A stretch of DNA of 64,000 bases, taken from Anaeramoeba ignava BMAN (taxonomy: Eukaryota > Protista > Anaeramoebae). Position numbers and translations under genes: made by a program. The notes under the pieces are model-generated. The model was not told where the DNA came from, searched no databases, and saw only the letters and a program-made list of their open reading frames with translations. Each line of letters begins with the position of its first letter. The stretch's first letter is position 1. Shown piece after piece: positions 25,006 to 36,235 of this stretch. The DNA lies in the NCBI GenBank assembly GCA_028826165.1, contig JAPDFW010000106.1, forward strand, positions 124,001 through 188,000. Direction: 5' to 3'.

Positions 25006-27063
25006 ATGGGATTTGGAAAATCCAAATTAAAAAAAAAACAAGCAAAATCAAGAAATGAAGAAATTGAAAAACAAATTATAAAAGACCAAGAAGAAATGGA
25101 AAAAAGGATTAAAATTTTAATACTTGGTAAATAAAAATAAAAAAAAAAGCAAAAAAAAAAATAAATGAAAGAATTTTAAAATAATAAAAATAATAAAAAT
25201 AATAAAAATAAGTAAAATAAAATTGCTAATCCAAAAAATTTTTCAACGTTCTTTTTTCTTCTTTTATTTTCTTTTATTTTCTTATTTTCTTCGTTGTTCT
25301 TTTTTCTTTTATTTTGTTTTTTTTTTCTTTTTAGGTGCTGGTGAATGTGGTAAATCAACTTTTGTTAAACAATTAATGATACTTCATACAGGTGGTTTTA
25401 CTGAATCTATTCGAGGTTTATATCGACAAGCAATTCGCACTCAAGTTATTGAAAATATGAAAACTTTGATCATTGCAACTCGACAATTACGTTTAAAGAT
25501 TTCAGATGATAAACAGGTAAATTTATTTTATATAAAAAAATCTATTTAAAAATCTCATTTAAAAATTTAATTAAAAATCTAATTAAAAATCTCAATTAAA
25601 AATCTCAATTAAAAATCTCAATTAAAAATTTCATTTAAAATTTAATTTAAAAATTTATTTTTGTTTTTATTAGGTTTGTTCTGAACAAATTGAAAAATGT
25701 TTCCCAGATGGTTTAGATCCTGAAATTGGAGAATGTATTGCAGAATTATGGGAGGATAAATCAATTAAAATTACATTTGAAAATCGATCTCTTTTTCAAA
25801 TACCAGATCAAGCTTCTTAGTAAATTATAAATTTAATTATTAAATTATTCAATAATTCAATTAAAAAAAATAACTTTATTGATGTTTTTTTTTTGATTTA
25901 TTAAGAATTTGATCATTTATTTATTTATTTATTTTCTTTTTATCTTTATTTTTTAAAGTTTTTTTGATAATGTTAAAAGAGTTTCTTCTGATGATTTTGT
26001 ACCTAATGATGAAGATATTATTAATTGTAGAATCCCCACAACTGGTGTTAGTAAAATTAATTTTGAAATTGAAGGAAGGCCTTGGGAGTATGTTTACCTG
26101 TTTAATTTTAGAATGAAATGAAATGAACTCATAATTAAACTCAGCTTTTTATTTAAAATTAAAATTCATTTATAAAATTAAAATTAAAATTAAAATTAAA
26201 ATTCATTTATAAAATTAAAATTAAAATTAAAATTAAAATTAAAATTAATTTCTAAATTAAAATTAAAATTAAAATTAAAATCTAAATTAAAATTCATTTA
26301 TAAAATTAAAATTAAAATTCATATAAAATTAAAATTAATTTATAAAATTAAATTAAAATTAAAATTAAAATTAAAATTCATTTATAAAATTAAAAATAAA
26401 ATTAAAATTAAAATTAAAATTAAAATTAAAATTAAAATTAAAATTCATTTTGAAAATTAAAATAGAGTTGTTGATGTTGGAGGTCAAAGATCAGAAAGAA
26501 GAAAATGGATTCATCAATTTGATAACGTAACAATTGTGATATTTGTTGTTGCATCAAATGAATATGATCAAAGATTAACAGAAGAAGTACAAGTTAATCG
26601 AATGCATGAAGCAGTTTCACTTTTTAACAAAACAGTGAACAATTCATATTTTAGAGAAAAAAATATATTGATTCTATTCAATAAATGTGATCTTTTTGAA
26701 GAAAAAATCCAAAAAGTGGATTTAAATGTTTGCTTTCCAGAATATAATGGTGGTTTGAATTATGAAAATGGAATCAATTTTTTAAAGAAAAAATTTGTTG
26801 ATCTTGGAACAAATTCAAAACGTTCAATTTTTTCTCATGTTACTTGCGCAATTCAAACTGAAAAAATCAAAGCAGTTGTTGTAATTATTTTATTAATCTT
26901 TTTTTAATCTTTTTATTAATATTTTTATTAATATTTTTATTAATCTTTTTATTAATATTTTTATTAATCTTTTTATTAATATTTTTATTAATCTTTTTTA
27001 AAATAGGATGTTGTTAATTCAACTATTCTCGAAAATACTTTGAAAAAAAAGGGATATTTATAA
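25006..27063 (+). CDS. Heterotrimeric G-protein alpha subunit (6 exons)
   Basis: MG start, KILIL|GAGECGKSTFVKQ, CRIPTTG, DVGGQRSERRKW, LFNKCDLF and HVTCA. Confidence 0.95.
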
Positions 27064-27121
27064 GAAATAATTCAAAAAAGAAAAAAAACTTTCAATAAAA
27101 AAACTTCAAAAATAAAAACAA

Positions 27122-27345
27122 ATTTTTTATTCAAATGAATTCCAAAAAAAACAAAGAAATTTATTCCAAATAGAATTTGGTTTGTTCAAAAAAAAAATCC
27201 GATTTTTATTCTTTAAAAAAAAAATAAAAATAATTTTTATTCAAATGAATTCCAAAAAAAACAAAGAAATTTATTCCAAATAGAATTTGGTTTGTTCAAA
27301 AAAAAAATCCGATTTTTATTCTTTAAAAAAAAAATAAAAAATAAT
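27122..27345. repeat. 110-bp tandem duplication in an intergenic/3' region
   Basis: TCAAATGAATTCC...CTTTAAAAAAAAAATAAAAA starts at 27131 and again at 27241. Confidence 0.9.
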
Positions 27346-27432
27346 GAAATAAAATTCAAAAAAAAAAACATCAAAATTTTTTAATTTCATTTTTTTTCAT
27401 TTTTTTCATTTTTTTTTTAAAATTTTATTTTT

Positions 27433-28820
27433 ATGGACGCAACAACAATTTATAAAGCAGCTACAACTAAATTTTCTAAATATGCGAGATGGATTTGTAA
27501 AATATGAATAAAATATGAATAAAATATGAATAAAATATGAATAAAAATTAAATATAAAAATTAAATATAAAATTAAATATGAATTTTTTTCATAAATAAA
27601 AACAGGTTTAGTTGCAGCAGTTGCTTTTTTAATTTGTGGAATTATTGATTGCTTTTATTTACTTGGAGTTGGGATTTTTTGCATGTGAATTTTATCAAGA
27701 AAAAATTATATCAAGAATGAATTTTTAAGAACAAATTTTATTAATAAATAATATATTTAATATTATATTTAATTTTATATTTAATTTTATATTTAATTTT
27801 TATATTTAATTTTATATTTAATTTTATATTTAATTTTATATTTAATATTATATTTAATATTATATTTAATATTATATTTAATATTATATTTAATATTATA
27901 TTTAATATTATATTTAATATTATATTTAATATTATATTTAATTTTATATTTAATTTTATATTTAATATTATATTTAATATTATATTTAATATTATATTTA
28001 ATATTATATTTAATATTATATTTAATATTATATTTAATATTATATTTAATATTATATTATATTTTTATTATTATATATAATTTTATATTTAATTTTATAT
28101 TTAATTTTATATTTAATATTATATTTAATATTATATTTAATATTATATTTAATATTATATTTAATATTATATTTAATATTATATTTAATTTTATATTTAA
28201 TATTATATTTAATATTATATTTAATTTTATATTTAATATTATATTTAATATTATATTTAATTTTATATTTAATATTATATTTAATTTTATATTTAATATT
28301 ATATTTAATTTTATATTTAATATTATATTTAATTTTATATTTAATTTTATATTTAATTTTATATTTAATTTTATATTTAATTTTATATTTAATTTTATAA
28401 TGAAATTTAGTGTTTTTTCAATTCCTCTTGCAATGATTGAAGTTCCTTGGCCAGCATGTTTTAGTTCACTTTTAGGAGATATTGTTGGTGATTTCAGATT
28501 TAGAGGAGTTATTTACATTGTGTATTTATATTCTAATTTGAATTTAAATTGATTTGAAAATTTTTTTAAATTTAATCTTTTCAAAATTTAGATTGTCAAT
28601 TCCACCATTTTTCTCAAAAGTAACTGTTGTTTGTGGAATAATTTTGATTATTGGGGGAATTCGTAAATAATCCAAAAAAAAAACAAAATTTATTTATTTT
28701 GATTTAATTTTTGATTTAATTTTTAATTTATTTATTTTTAATTTAGTTTATGTAATTTCTGGTTTCAAAGGAGAAAAAGCTACAGAAAAAAAATCAGGTC
28801 ATGTTGCTGGATTGATTTAA
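27433..28820 (+). CDS. Small Golgi membrane protein, TVP18/Flower-like (5 exons; absent from ORF track)
   Basis: Spliced: MDATTIYK...YARWICLVAAVAFLICGII...LAMIEVPW...FRFRGVIYIVLSIP...ISGFKGEK...*. Four GT-AG introns, one filled with a 12-bp repeat. Confidence 0.7.
27755..28398. repeat. Intronic 12-bp tandem repeat (ATATTTAATATT/ATATTTAATTTT)n
   Basis: Visible directly. Confidence 0.85.
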
Positions 28821-29007
28821 ATCAAAAAAGAAAAAAAGAAAAGAAAAAAAGAAAAGGAAAAAGAAAAAGAAAAATTCCCAAAAAGAAAAAAATTTTTTTT
28901 TTGATTAATCCAAAAAAAAAAATAAAAAAACCAAATCAAATTTTTTGTTTTAATTTTATAATGAAAAAAAAAATATTCAAAAAAGAAAAAAGTTTTCTAG
29001 TGAAAAA

Positions 29008-31068
29008 TTAAGCAATTAATTTAAGAACAATTGCAACACGAGAAGGTAAATAAACTTTTAAAGAATAAGGCCTTTCATTCCAAGATTTATTTTCAGTAAA
29101 ATATTCCGATCCATTTTTAAGACGATCAAAACCGCCAAAAGAGATCAAATCTGTATTAAGTATATCAACGAATTTTCCTTGCCAAGAAGATCCAAGACGA
29201 TAATCTGTGTAACTTTCTGAAGGATGAAAATTGAACAAAAAAATAAAACTGTCAGAACGTTCAAAAAAAAGAAGCTTTTTATCCTCGTGAACAGAAATAA
29301 TCTTAACAAAGGGGTTTGAAAATAGATGGTACTCGGCATCAAGACGAAGCATAGCTGTGTCGAAGTTGAGCAAGTGGTGGTAGCGAAGGAGCGGGTCTTG
29401 GGCAAGATCCCATCGACGACGACAAAAATGAAATGAGTTTGAATTTTGCTCTCTTGGGAAATCGATCCATTCAGGATGTCCAAACTCGTTTCCCATAAAA
29501 TTCAGGTATGCATCTCCACCGAGGGAGAACGTGATGAGTCTTATGATTTTATGAAGGGAAATGCCGCGGGAAACTTGAGGAGAAATAGGATCGAGAATGG
29601 ACATGCCTTTGTACATGTATTTGTCCATAAGCCAGAAGGATATTGTCTTATCCCCGACAAGAGCCTGGTCATGGCACTCTGCATAGGCAATGACTTTCTC
29701 GCCGGTTCGACGGTTGAGTAGGGATCCTACTATGTCCCCAATGTTCCAATTTTCATCTTTTTTGGATTTCAATAAATTTTTCCAAAGATCAGGAATATTC
29801 ATTGCAAATCTGTAGTCGAATCCGATCCCTCCTTGATCGAGTTTGAGACAGAGCCCGGGATAGCCGCTCACATCCTCGGCAATTGTGATGAGGGAGGGAT
29901 CCAAAGAATGGACAAGATCGTTGACAAGCATGAGATAAACAATGCCGTCAAGATCGGCGTTTGATTGAAATTTTGTATCGAAATAATCATCGTAAGAATT
30001 GAATTCGTGGTTTATTCCGTGGTGGGAATACATCATTGATGTAACTCCATCGAAGCGGAGTCCATCAAAATTGAACTCCTCAACCCAATATCGGGCATTA
30101 CTAAGAAGTAGCCGAAGAACCTCATATTTTGCGTAATTGAAGAGTCTTGAATCCCAAATGGGATGGATACCCTTTTTGCCGCTGTGGAAATACTGGTAAT
30201 CTGTGCCGTCGAATTTATTGATTCCGTCCTCAACATTCATAGAAACATGACTGTGAACAATATCCAAAATGACAAGTAATTTTCGTGCATGAGCTTCATC
30301 AATCAGCAATTTCAGGTCCTCAATCGAACCGAAACGGGACGACGGAGCGAACGGGTGTGTAATTTGATATCCAAAACTCGCGTAATAAGGATGTTCCATT
30401 ATGGCCATTAACTGGACACAATTATATCCTAATTGTGCTATGTATGGCAAAATGTCTTTTCGAAACTCATTATAACTCGACACCTTGGGTTCTTTAGAAG
30501 ACATCCCTACGTGCGCCTCATAGATCCTGAGACCCCCCTCAAGAACCGCTTTGCGCGGACTTCGACTCACGAATTTATACTTATTTTCATTAACAAATTT
30601 CCCTTCAAAAAGTGGATTTCCCAAATCTTGTGTCGTCCTGCGTGACCACACAGGAATACGATAAAGCTCCTCGCCACTCTTTGTCTTCATACGAATCTTG
30701 ATCTTCGAATCATCGCGTATTTGTGGCTGTTTTGGTTCTCCTTGATCTTCCACAATGACGCTGAATACCCCATACTCGTCCTTTATGCATATGTGTTTTG
30801 TCGGATCCCATCCGTTGAATTCTCCAACTAGACTCATTTCCGTTGCGTTGGGAGCCCACTCTCTAAATATAATGCCGTTCGTTATTCTTTGGAATCCAAA
30901 ATAACGATATGCACTTGCAAATTTGATCAGACTAATTTCTTGTGATATTATTTTTTGTTTTGTTTCTTCATATTTTAAATTTCTTTGAATAAGATGCTCT
31001 TCATAAGGTTTAAGCAATGGATCTTTTTCGATAAGTTTCTTGATTGTTTCTTCTGCTTTTTTTTGCAT
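29008..31068 (-). CDS. GBE1: 1,4-alpha-glucan branching enzyme (intronless)
   Basis: FREWAP, IYEAHVGMSS, MEHPYYASFGYQ, DIVHSH, FDGLRFDGVTSM, IAEDVSG, YAECHDQALVGDKT and LNFMGNEFGHPEW; this is the eukaryotic-type GH13 branching enzyme. Confidence 0.97.
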   Translation of the reverse strand: MQKKAEETIKKLIEKDPLLKPYEEHLIQRNLKYEETKQKIISQEISLIKFASAYRYFGFQRITNGIIFREWAPNATEMSLVGEFNGWDPTKHICIKDEYGVFSVIVEDQGEPKQPQIRDDSKIKIRMKTKSGEELYRIPVWSRRTTQDLGNPLFEGKFVNENKYKFVSRSPRKAVLEGGLRIYEAHVGMSSKEPKVSSYNEFRKDILPYIAQLGYNCVQLMAIMEHPYYASFGYQITHPFAPSSRFGSIEDLKLLIDEAHARKLLVILDIVHSHVSMNVEDGINKFDGTDYQYFHSGKKGIHPIWDSRLFNYAKYEVLRLLLSNARYWVEEFNFDGLRFDGVTSMMYSHHGINHEFNSYDDYFDTKFQSNADLDGIVYLMLVNDLVHSLDPSLITIAEDVSGYPGLCLKLDQGGIGFDYRFAMNIPDLWKNLLKSKKDENWNIGDIVGSLLNRRTGEKVIAYAECHDQALVGDKTISFWLMDKYMYKGMSILDPISPQVSRGISLHKIIRLITFSLGGDAYLNFMGNEFGHPEWIDFPREQNSNSFHFCRRRWDLAQDPLLRYHHLLNFDTAMLRLDAEYHLFSNPFVKIISVHEDKKLLFFERSDSFIFLFNFHPSESYTDYRLGSSWQGKFVDILNTDLISFGGFDRLKNGSEYFTENKSWNERPYSLKVYLPSRVAIVLKLIA

Positions 31069-31248
31069 AATTTTTTATTTTTTTTAATGAGAAAAATGAA
31101 AAAAATGAAAAAATGAAAATTAAAAAAAATTTTTTAAATTAATTTTTTCATTTTTTTCTTTTCTTTTGATAGTTTTTTTTTCTAAATCATTTATATTTAA
31201 TTTTCTTCCATTTTTTAATTAATTAATTAATAAATAAATTAATAAATA

Positions 31249-32759
31249 ATGGCAGATTCTGAAGATAATGCAGTTGTTTTATGTTTTAATTCTTTACAAG
31301 AAATGATTGGAAATCGAATTTTTACAAAAAAAGAAAATTATGAAAAAAAAGAAAAAGAAAATATAGAAGTTAATTTAATTTTTACTAAATTACCATCAGA
31401 AAGTAAAAATAAATTAAAAATTCAATTAAAAAATTCAATTAAAAATTCAATAATTAAATTTTAATTTTAATTTTTTTAGTTATATTATTAATCTGTAAAT
31501 TTCTTTCTCCTGGAGAAATTATTAAATTCGGAATGACATGCAAAATTGCTCACTTTATTACAAATGAAACATATCTTTGGAGAATCAAATCAATGGAATA
31601 TCATACTTACTTTATTTGGAAAAAAATTCAAATCATAACTCATTTTAATGAAAAAACTATAATAGGCTTTCAATACGATATTCAATCAGAAATCAAAAAA
31701 ATAACCGCAAAAAAAAACACTCCAAATCATAATAAATTCTATTTGCAAGACAACGAAGAAAAAATCAAAAACAAACATCGAAAATCACCTCCTATTTTTT
31801 TAAACGGAAAAATTGGAAAATTTTTTTCATCCAAAAAACAAAGAATCAAATATATCCAATTACTCAAGGATCCACAAAGCGAACTACTTGGAAGGGCACA
31901 GAAACTTTTCTTGAAATTAAAAGAACTTAAAGAAATGAAGCGAGTTCAAGAAATAATCGATACCAGAAAAAGAATAGCAGATTCAAAAAAAAACTTACTA
32001 ATCAAATATTTGACAATTTTTGCTGGCTTGGTTCCTTCTGCTTTCTTAATAACATTAATCATCTTTAACTTTACACTTTCATACGAGATAAATCACAAAG
32101 CAAAATTCGCAATATCTCCACTAGTGATATTAGGGTTGGGTTTTGTTGTTATTCTGGGAAAACACATTTTCTTCCAGTCATTTGACACGACTTTTTTCTT
32201 GCTTTTCTTGATCGCCTTTTCTTGGGTGTTTGGCTTCATTTCTTTTTCACTGAAACACGACGAGATTGTTGATATGCGGTGGATAGCCATATTCCTTCCC
32301 ATTTGGGTTACATTGGCAATAATTTTTTGGATTGTTTACAAAGACCCGTACTTATCAATTCTCACAAGATTCGAGCAAATATTCTACTTCGGCTTCTGCG
32401 TATCATTCGCATCAAGCTTTTTCCTGCTTTCTTTGCGCCTTGATTGGGGGTTGCTTATTCCCTATTTCTATATATTTGCTCCAATTATTTTATTATTTTT
32501 AATAACGCTTGTTAGAATTACTGCTCCTCAAACCATTCGTCTAAGGACTACAACCTCCCCTGATATCGTTTTGGTCGGGATTTTCATGTGTCTTTTGTCT
32601 GTCGTCGTTCTTGTCTTCAGACTCCATAACTTCTTTCATAATTTCACGTTGGCTTTTCTTCCCTTTTACTTGATTTTACTTCCTGTTTCCTTTCTTTTCT
32701 GCTTTTTTTTATTACATTTTTCAGCAGTTGAAATGAGTGAAGATGATGATTATGACTAA
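31249..32759 (+). CDS. F-box-like + multi-pass membrane (TMEM185-like) protein; intron 31403-31479
   Basis: FTKLPSE|IILLICKFLSPGEIIKFGMTCK...LWR is F-box-like. The C-terminal half has ~8 TMs with WIAIFLPIW and LRLD motifs. Confidence 0.65.
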
Positions 32760-32963
32760 TTCTTCTTTTGCAAAAATTTTGTTTGTCAAAAATGAAAAAA
32801 CCCCTTTTTATTAAATCTTCTTTTATTGATTCAAAAATGAATAAAAAATAATTTTACTTTTTTTTTTTTTTTTTTTAAATCTTATTGAAAATTTTTTTTT
32901 TTCATTTTTTTTTTCATTTTTTCTTTCATTTTTAATTTATTAAATAAAATAACAAAATCTAAA

Positions 32964-34261
32964 ATGATTAATAATAAAGAACAATCATTAAATAATCAAA
33001 TAAATCTTCAAAATAAACAAGGTTTAAAATTTATTTCATTTATTTTTCAATTTAAATCAAAAAATTTTTTATTCATTAAAAATTTTTTTTTTCTTTTTTT
33101 AAATAAATAAAATTTTTCTTTTAAAAAAATTTCAATAAAAATCAATTTAAAAAGATAAATCTATTCCATTTAAACAAAATGATTTAATTTCTGATGATGA
33201 TTTAGAAAGTTGTAGTCTTGAAATTGATGAAGAACAATGTAGAAATTCAAATCAAGAAATTCCAAAATCAAAATCAAATTCCAATCCAAATTTAAATTTA
33301 CATCCAAATTTAAATCCAAAATCAAAATCAAATTTAAAATCAAAATCAAATTCAAATTCAAATCCAAAATTAAATTTAAATTCAAATTCAAAATCAAAAT
33401 TAAATTCAAAATCAAATTTAAACTCAAAATCAAAATCAAAATCAAAATCAAATTCCAATCCAAATTTAAATTCAAATTTAAATTCAAAATCAAAATCAAA
33501 TTCAAAATCAAAATCAGATCCAAAATTAAATTTAAATTCAAATTCAAACTCAAAATCAAAATTAAATTTAAATTCAAATTTAAATTCAAAATCAAATTTA
33601 AAATCAAAATCAAATTTAAATTCAAAATCAAAATCAAATTCAAAATCAAATTTAAATTCAAATTTAAATCCAAAATCAAAATTAAATTCCAATTTAAAAT
33701 CAAAATCAAATTTAAATTCAAAATCAAATTTAAATTTAAATTCAAAATCAAATTTAAAATCAAAATCAAAACCAAAAAGAAGAAGAAAAAAAACAAATCA
33801 AAAAAATCAAAAAGAAAAAAAAATCAAAAGCAATTCCAAAAATCAAAAATCAAAATCAAAATCAAAATCAAAATCAAAATCAAATTCAAAATCAAAATCA
33901 AAATCAAATTCAAATTCAAATTCAAAATGAAAATCAAAATGAAAATGAAAATCAAAATGAAAATGAAAATCAAATTCAAAATAAAAATCAAAATCAAATT
34001 CAAAATAAAAATCAAAATCAAAGTGATTTAGAAAGTGATTTAGAAAGTGATTTAGAAAGTGATTTTGAAACTGAAGATGAAAGTGATTCTGAAGAAGATA
34101 ATACTTTATATTGTATTTGCCAAAAACCAAGCCATGGAAATATGATCAAATGTGATAATCCTTCTTGTGAAAAAGTTTGGTTTCATTTTGAATGTGTTGG
34201 AATTAAAAATACTCCTCCAGAAGGATCTTGGTTTTGTCCAATTTGTTCTTCCAAAAAATAG
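32964..34261 (+). CDS. ING-type PHD finger protein (intron 33022-33154; apparent 1-nt frameshift in poly-A near 33786-33823)
   Basis: C-terminus LYCICQKPSHGNMIKCDNPSCEKVWFHFECVGIKNTPPEGSWFCPIC*, preceded by KS/QN low-complexity sequence. Confidence 0.75.
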
Positions 34262-34387
34262 AAATTAAAAAACAAAATCTTTTCATTTTCTATTTTTTAT
34301 TTTCTTCTAATTTGTTAATTAAGAAATTTAATAATCCAAAATTATTTTTCATTTTTTCATTATTTTTCATTTTTTTCATTTTCAAAA

Positions 34388-36150
34388 ATGAATGAAATTA
34401 TATTTTTTGGAAGAAATCAATATCCAAAACTTATCAAAAATGAACCAAATGCAATAACAAAACCAATTCAATTTGAAAATGAAAATGAAAATGAAAATGA
34501 AAATGAAAAACAAATTAAACAAATTTCATCAAGTTATTTTTCAACAATTTTCCTTTTTAAAAATGGAAAAGCAACAGAATATTTACAAGATTCAAATCAA
34601 AATCCTGAAAAAATCCAAATTGAAAATATTCAAAAAGTAACTGTTGGTGATCGAAATGAAGCTATTTTAACAATAGAAGGAAATGTATTTGCAAAAGGAA
34701 AAAATATTAATCCAAAAAATCCAAATGAATTTATCAATATTTCATCATTAATTGAAGATACAAATGATAGAGTAATTGAAGATATTGTTTCTGGAGAAAC
34801 TTCAATTTACTTATTAACTTCAAATCAAAATGCTTATGGAATTGGTTCAAATCAATATGGTCAATTTGGTTTTGATTTTGAAACACTTCAAAAAACAGAA
34901 AAACCAATTTTAATGATGAAAAATGTTTCTAAAATATTTTCAGGAAATTCTTCACAATCTATTTTCCTTTTAAATTCAAATCAAGAATTATTTGTATGCG
35001 GTGATAATTTTCATAGTCAGCTTGGATTAGGAAAGTTAATAAAAGAAAAACGAGTTGAAAAATTAACCAAAATCCAAAATATTCCAAAAGGCAAAATAAT
35101 TGATATTCAATCTGGATATTATCATTCAATAATGTTGATTGAAAATGAAGATGAAAATCCAAAAAGAAAACTTTATTCATGTGGAGAACCTAAATTTAAT
35201 GGTCTTTACAAAATGGGAAAAACAAGAGAATTTACTGAAATCAAATCATCTTTATTTGAAAATGATGATAATATTCTTGATATTTCTTGTGGAAGAAGTC
35301 ATATTTTGATTTTAACTTCTAATTCAAAATTGATAGGATTTGGAAATAATTCTTATGATCAATTAGGAATTGAAAATACAACTTATCAATTTATTCCTAT
35401 TCAAATTGAACTTCCTAAATTAAGATTTAATGAAAATATTTCTAATTATCATATTTCTTGTGGATTTAATAAATCATTTCTTTATTATTCTCCTCCTTCT
35501 TTTTCCAATATTGAAGAAGATTTGATAAAATTATTTAAAAGAAAAGAATTTTGTAATATTTCATTTAAAACCAAAAATGGAGAAATAATTGAAGCTCATA
35601 AATTAATATTGAAATATAGATTAAATCAAAATGAAATTGAAATTGAAAAACTTAAAGAAATTATTTCAAATAAATCAATTCAAGAATCAAATCAAATATT
35701 TGAAATGATTTATTCAAACAGAATTATAAATCCAAAATTATATTCTGAAATTAAAGAAATTATAAATTCCAATGAAAAAATTGAAGAAACAATGAAAAGA
35801 ATTTATTTAAATGAAAATGAAAATGAAAAAGATTTTATAATTGAAAGAAAAGAAAAACAATATAAATTTCCCAAATTAATATTAATAATGAGAAGTGAAT
35901 TATATCGAGGAATGTGAGAAAATCTGTTACAAATGATACTTCTAATAAAGTTACAGATTATAGTGAATTAAGTAATAAATCATTTCAAATATTTGAATAT
36001 TGGATTTATTCAAATCAAATTAAAGATGAAATTGAAATTACACAAGAAATTATTGATGAAATTCAAATTGGAATTGATTATTTTCAATTAAATCAAACAA
36101 ATCCAAATTTATTTGATTTATTAATTAATAAATTTAATAATCAAAATTAA
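34388..36150 (+). CDS. RCC1-repeat + BTB protein, disrupted by TGA and a frameshift at 35915 (possible pseudogene/truncation)
   Basis: RCC1 repeats (GSNQYGQFG, GDNFHSQLG, ISCGRSH) and BTB (IEAHKLIL; LILIMRSELYRGM). The continuation SVTNDTSNKVTDYS is in another frame. Confidence 0.75.
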
Positions 36151-36235
36151 AATCAAAATTAAATAAAAAATTAAAATTAAAAATTGAATTGTTTTGTTAT
36201 TGTGGTTTTCATTTTTTCTTTTTTAAAAAATAGAA

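Noticed and set aside
29145-30645. Short overlapping ORFs within GBE1, and within 14418-19883 and 10308-10661
   Set aside because: They are shadow ORFs of longer conserved genes with no recognisable motifs.
29008-31068. Bacterial HGT of glgB suggested by high GC and lack of introns
   Set aside because: Motifs (MEHPYYASFGYQ, HDQALVGDKT, GNEFGHPEWIDFPR) are of the eukaryotic GBE1 type, and the GC rise is shared by other long exons.
35915-35917. TGA readthrough, selenocysteine or alternative genetic code
   Set aside because: The downstream homology is in a different frame, TGA terminates the 13131-19883 gene, and Trp is encoded by TGG throughout.
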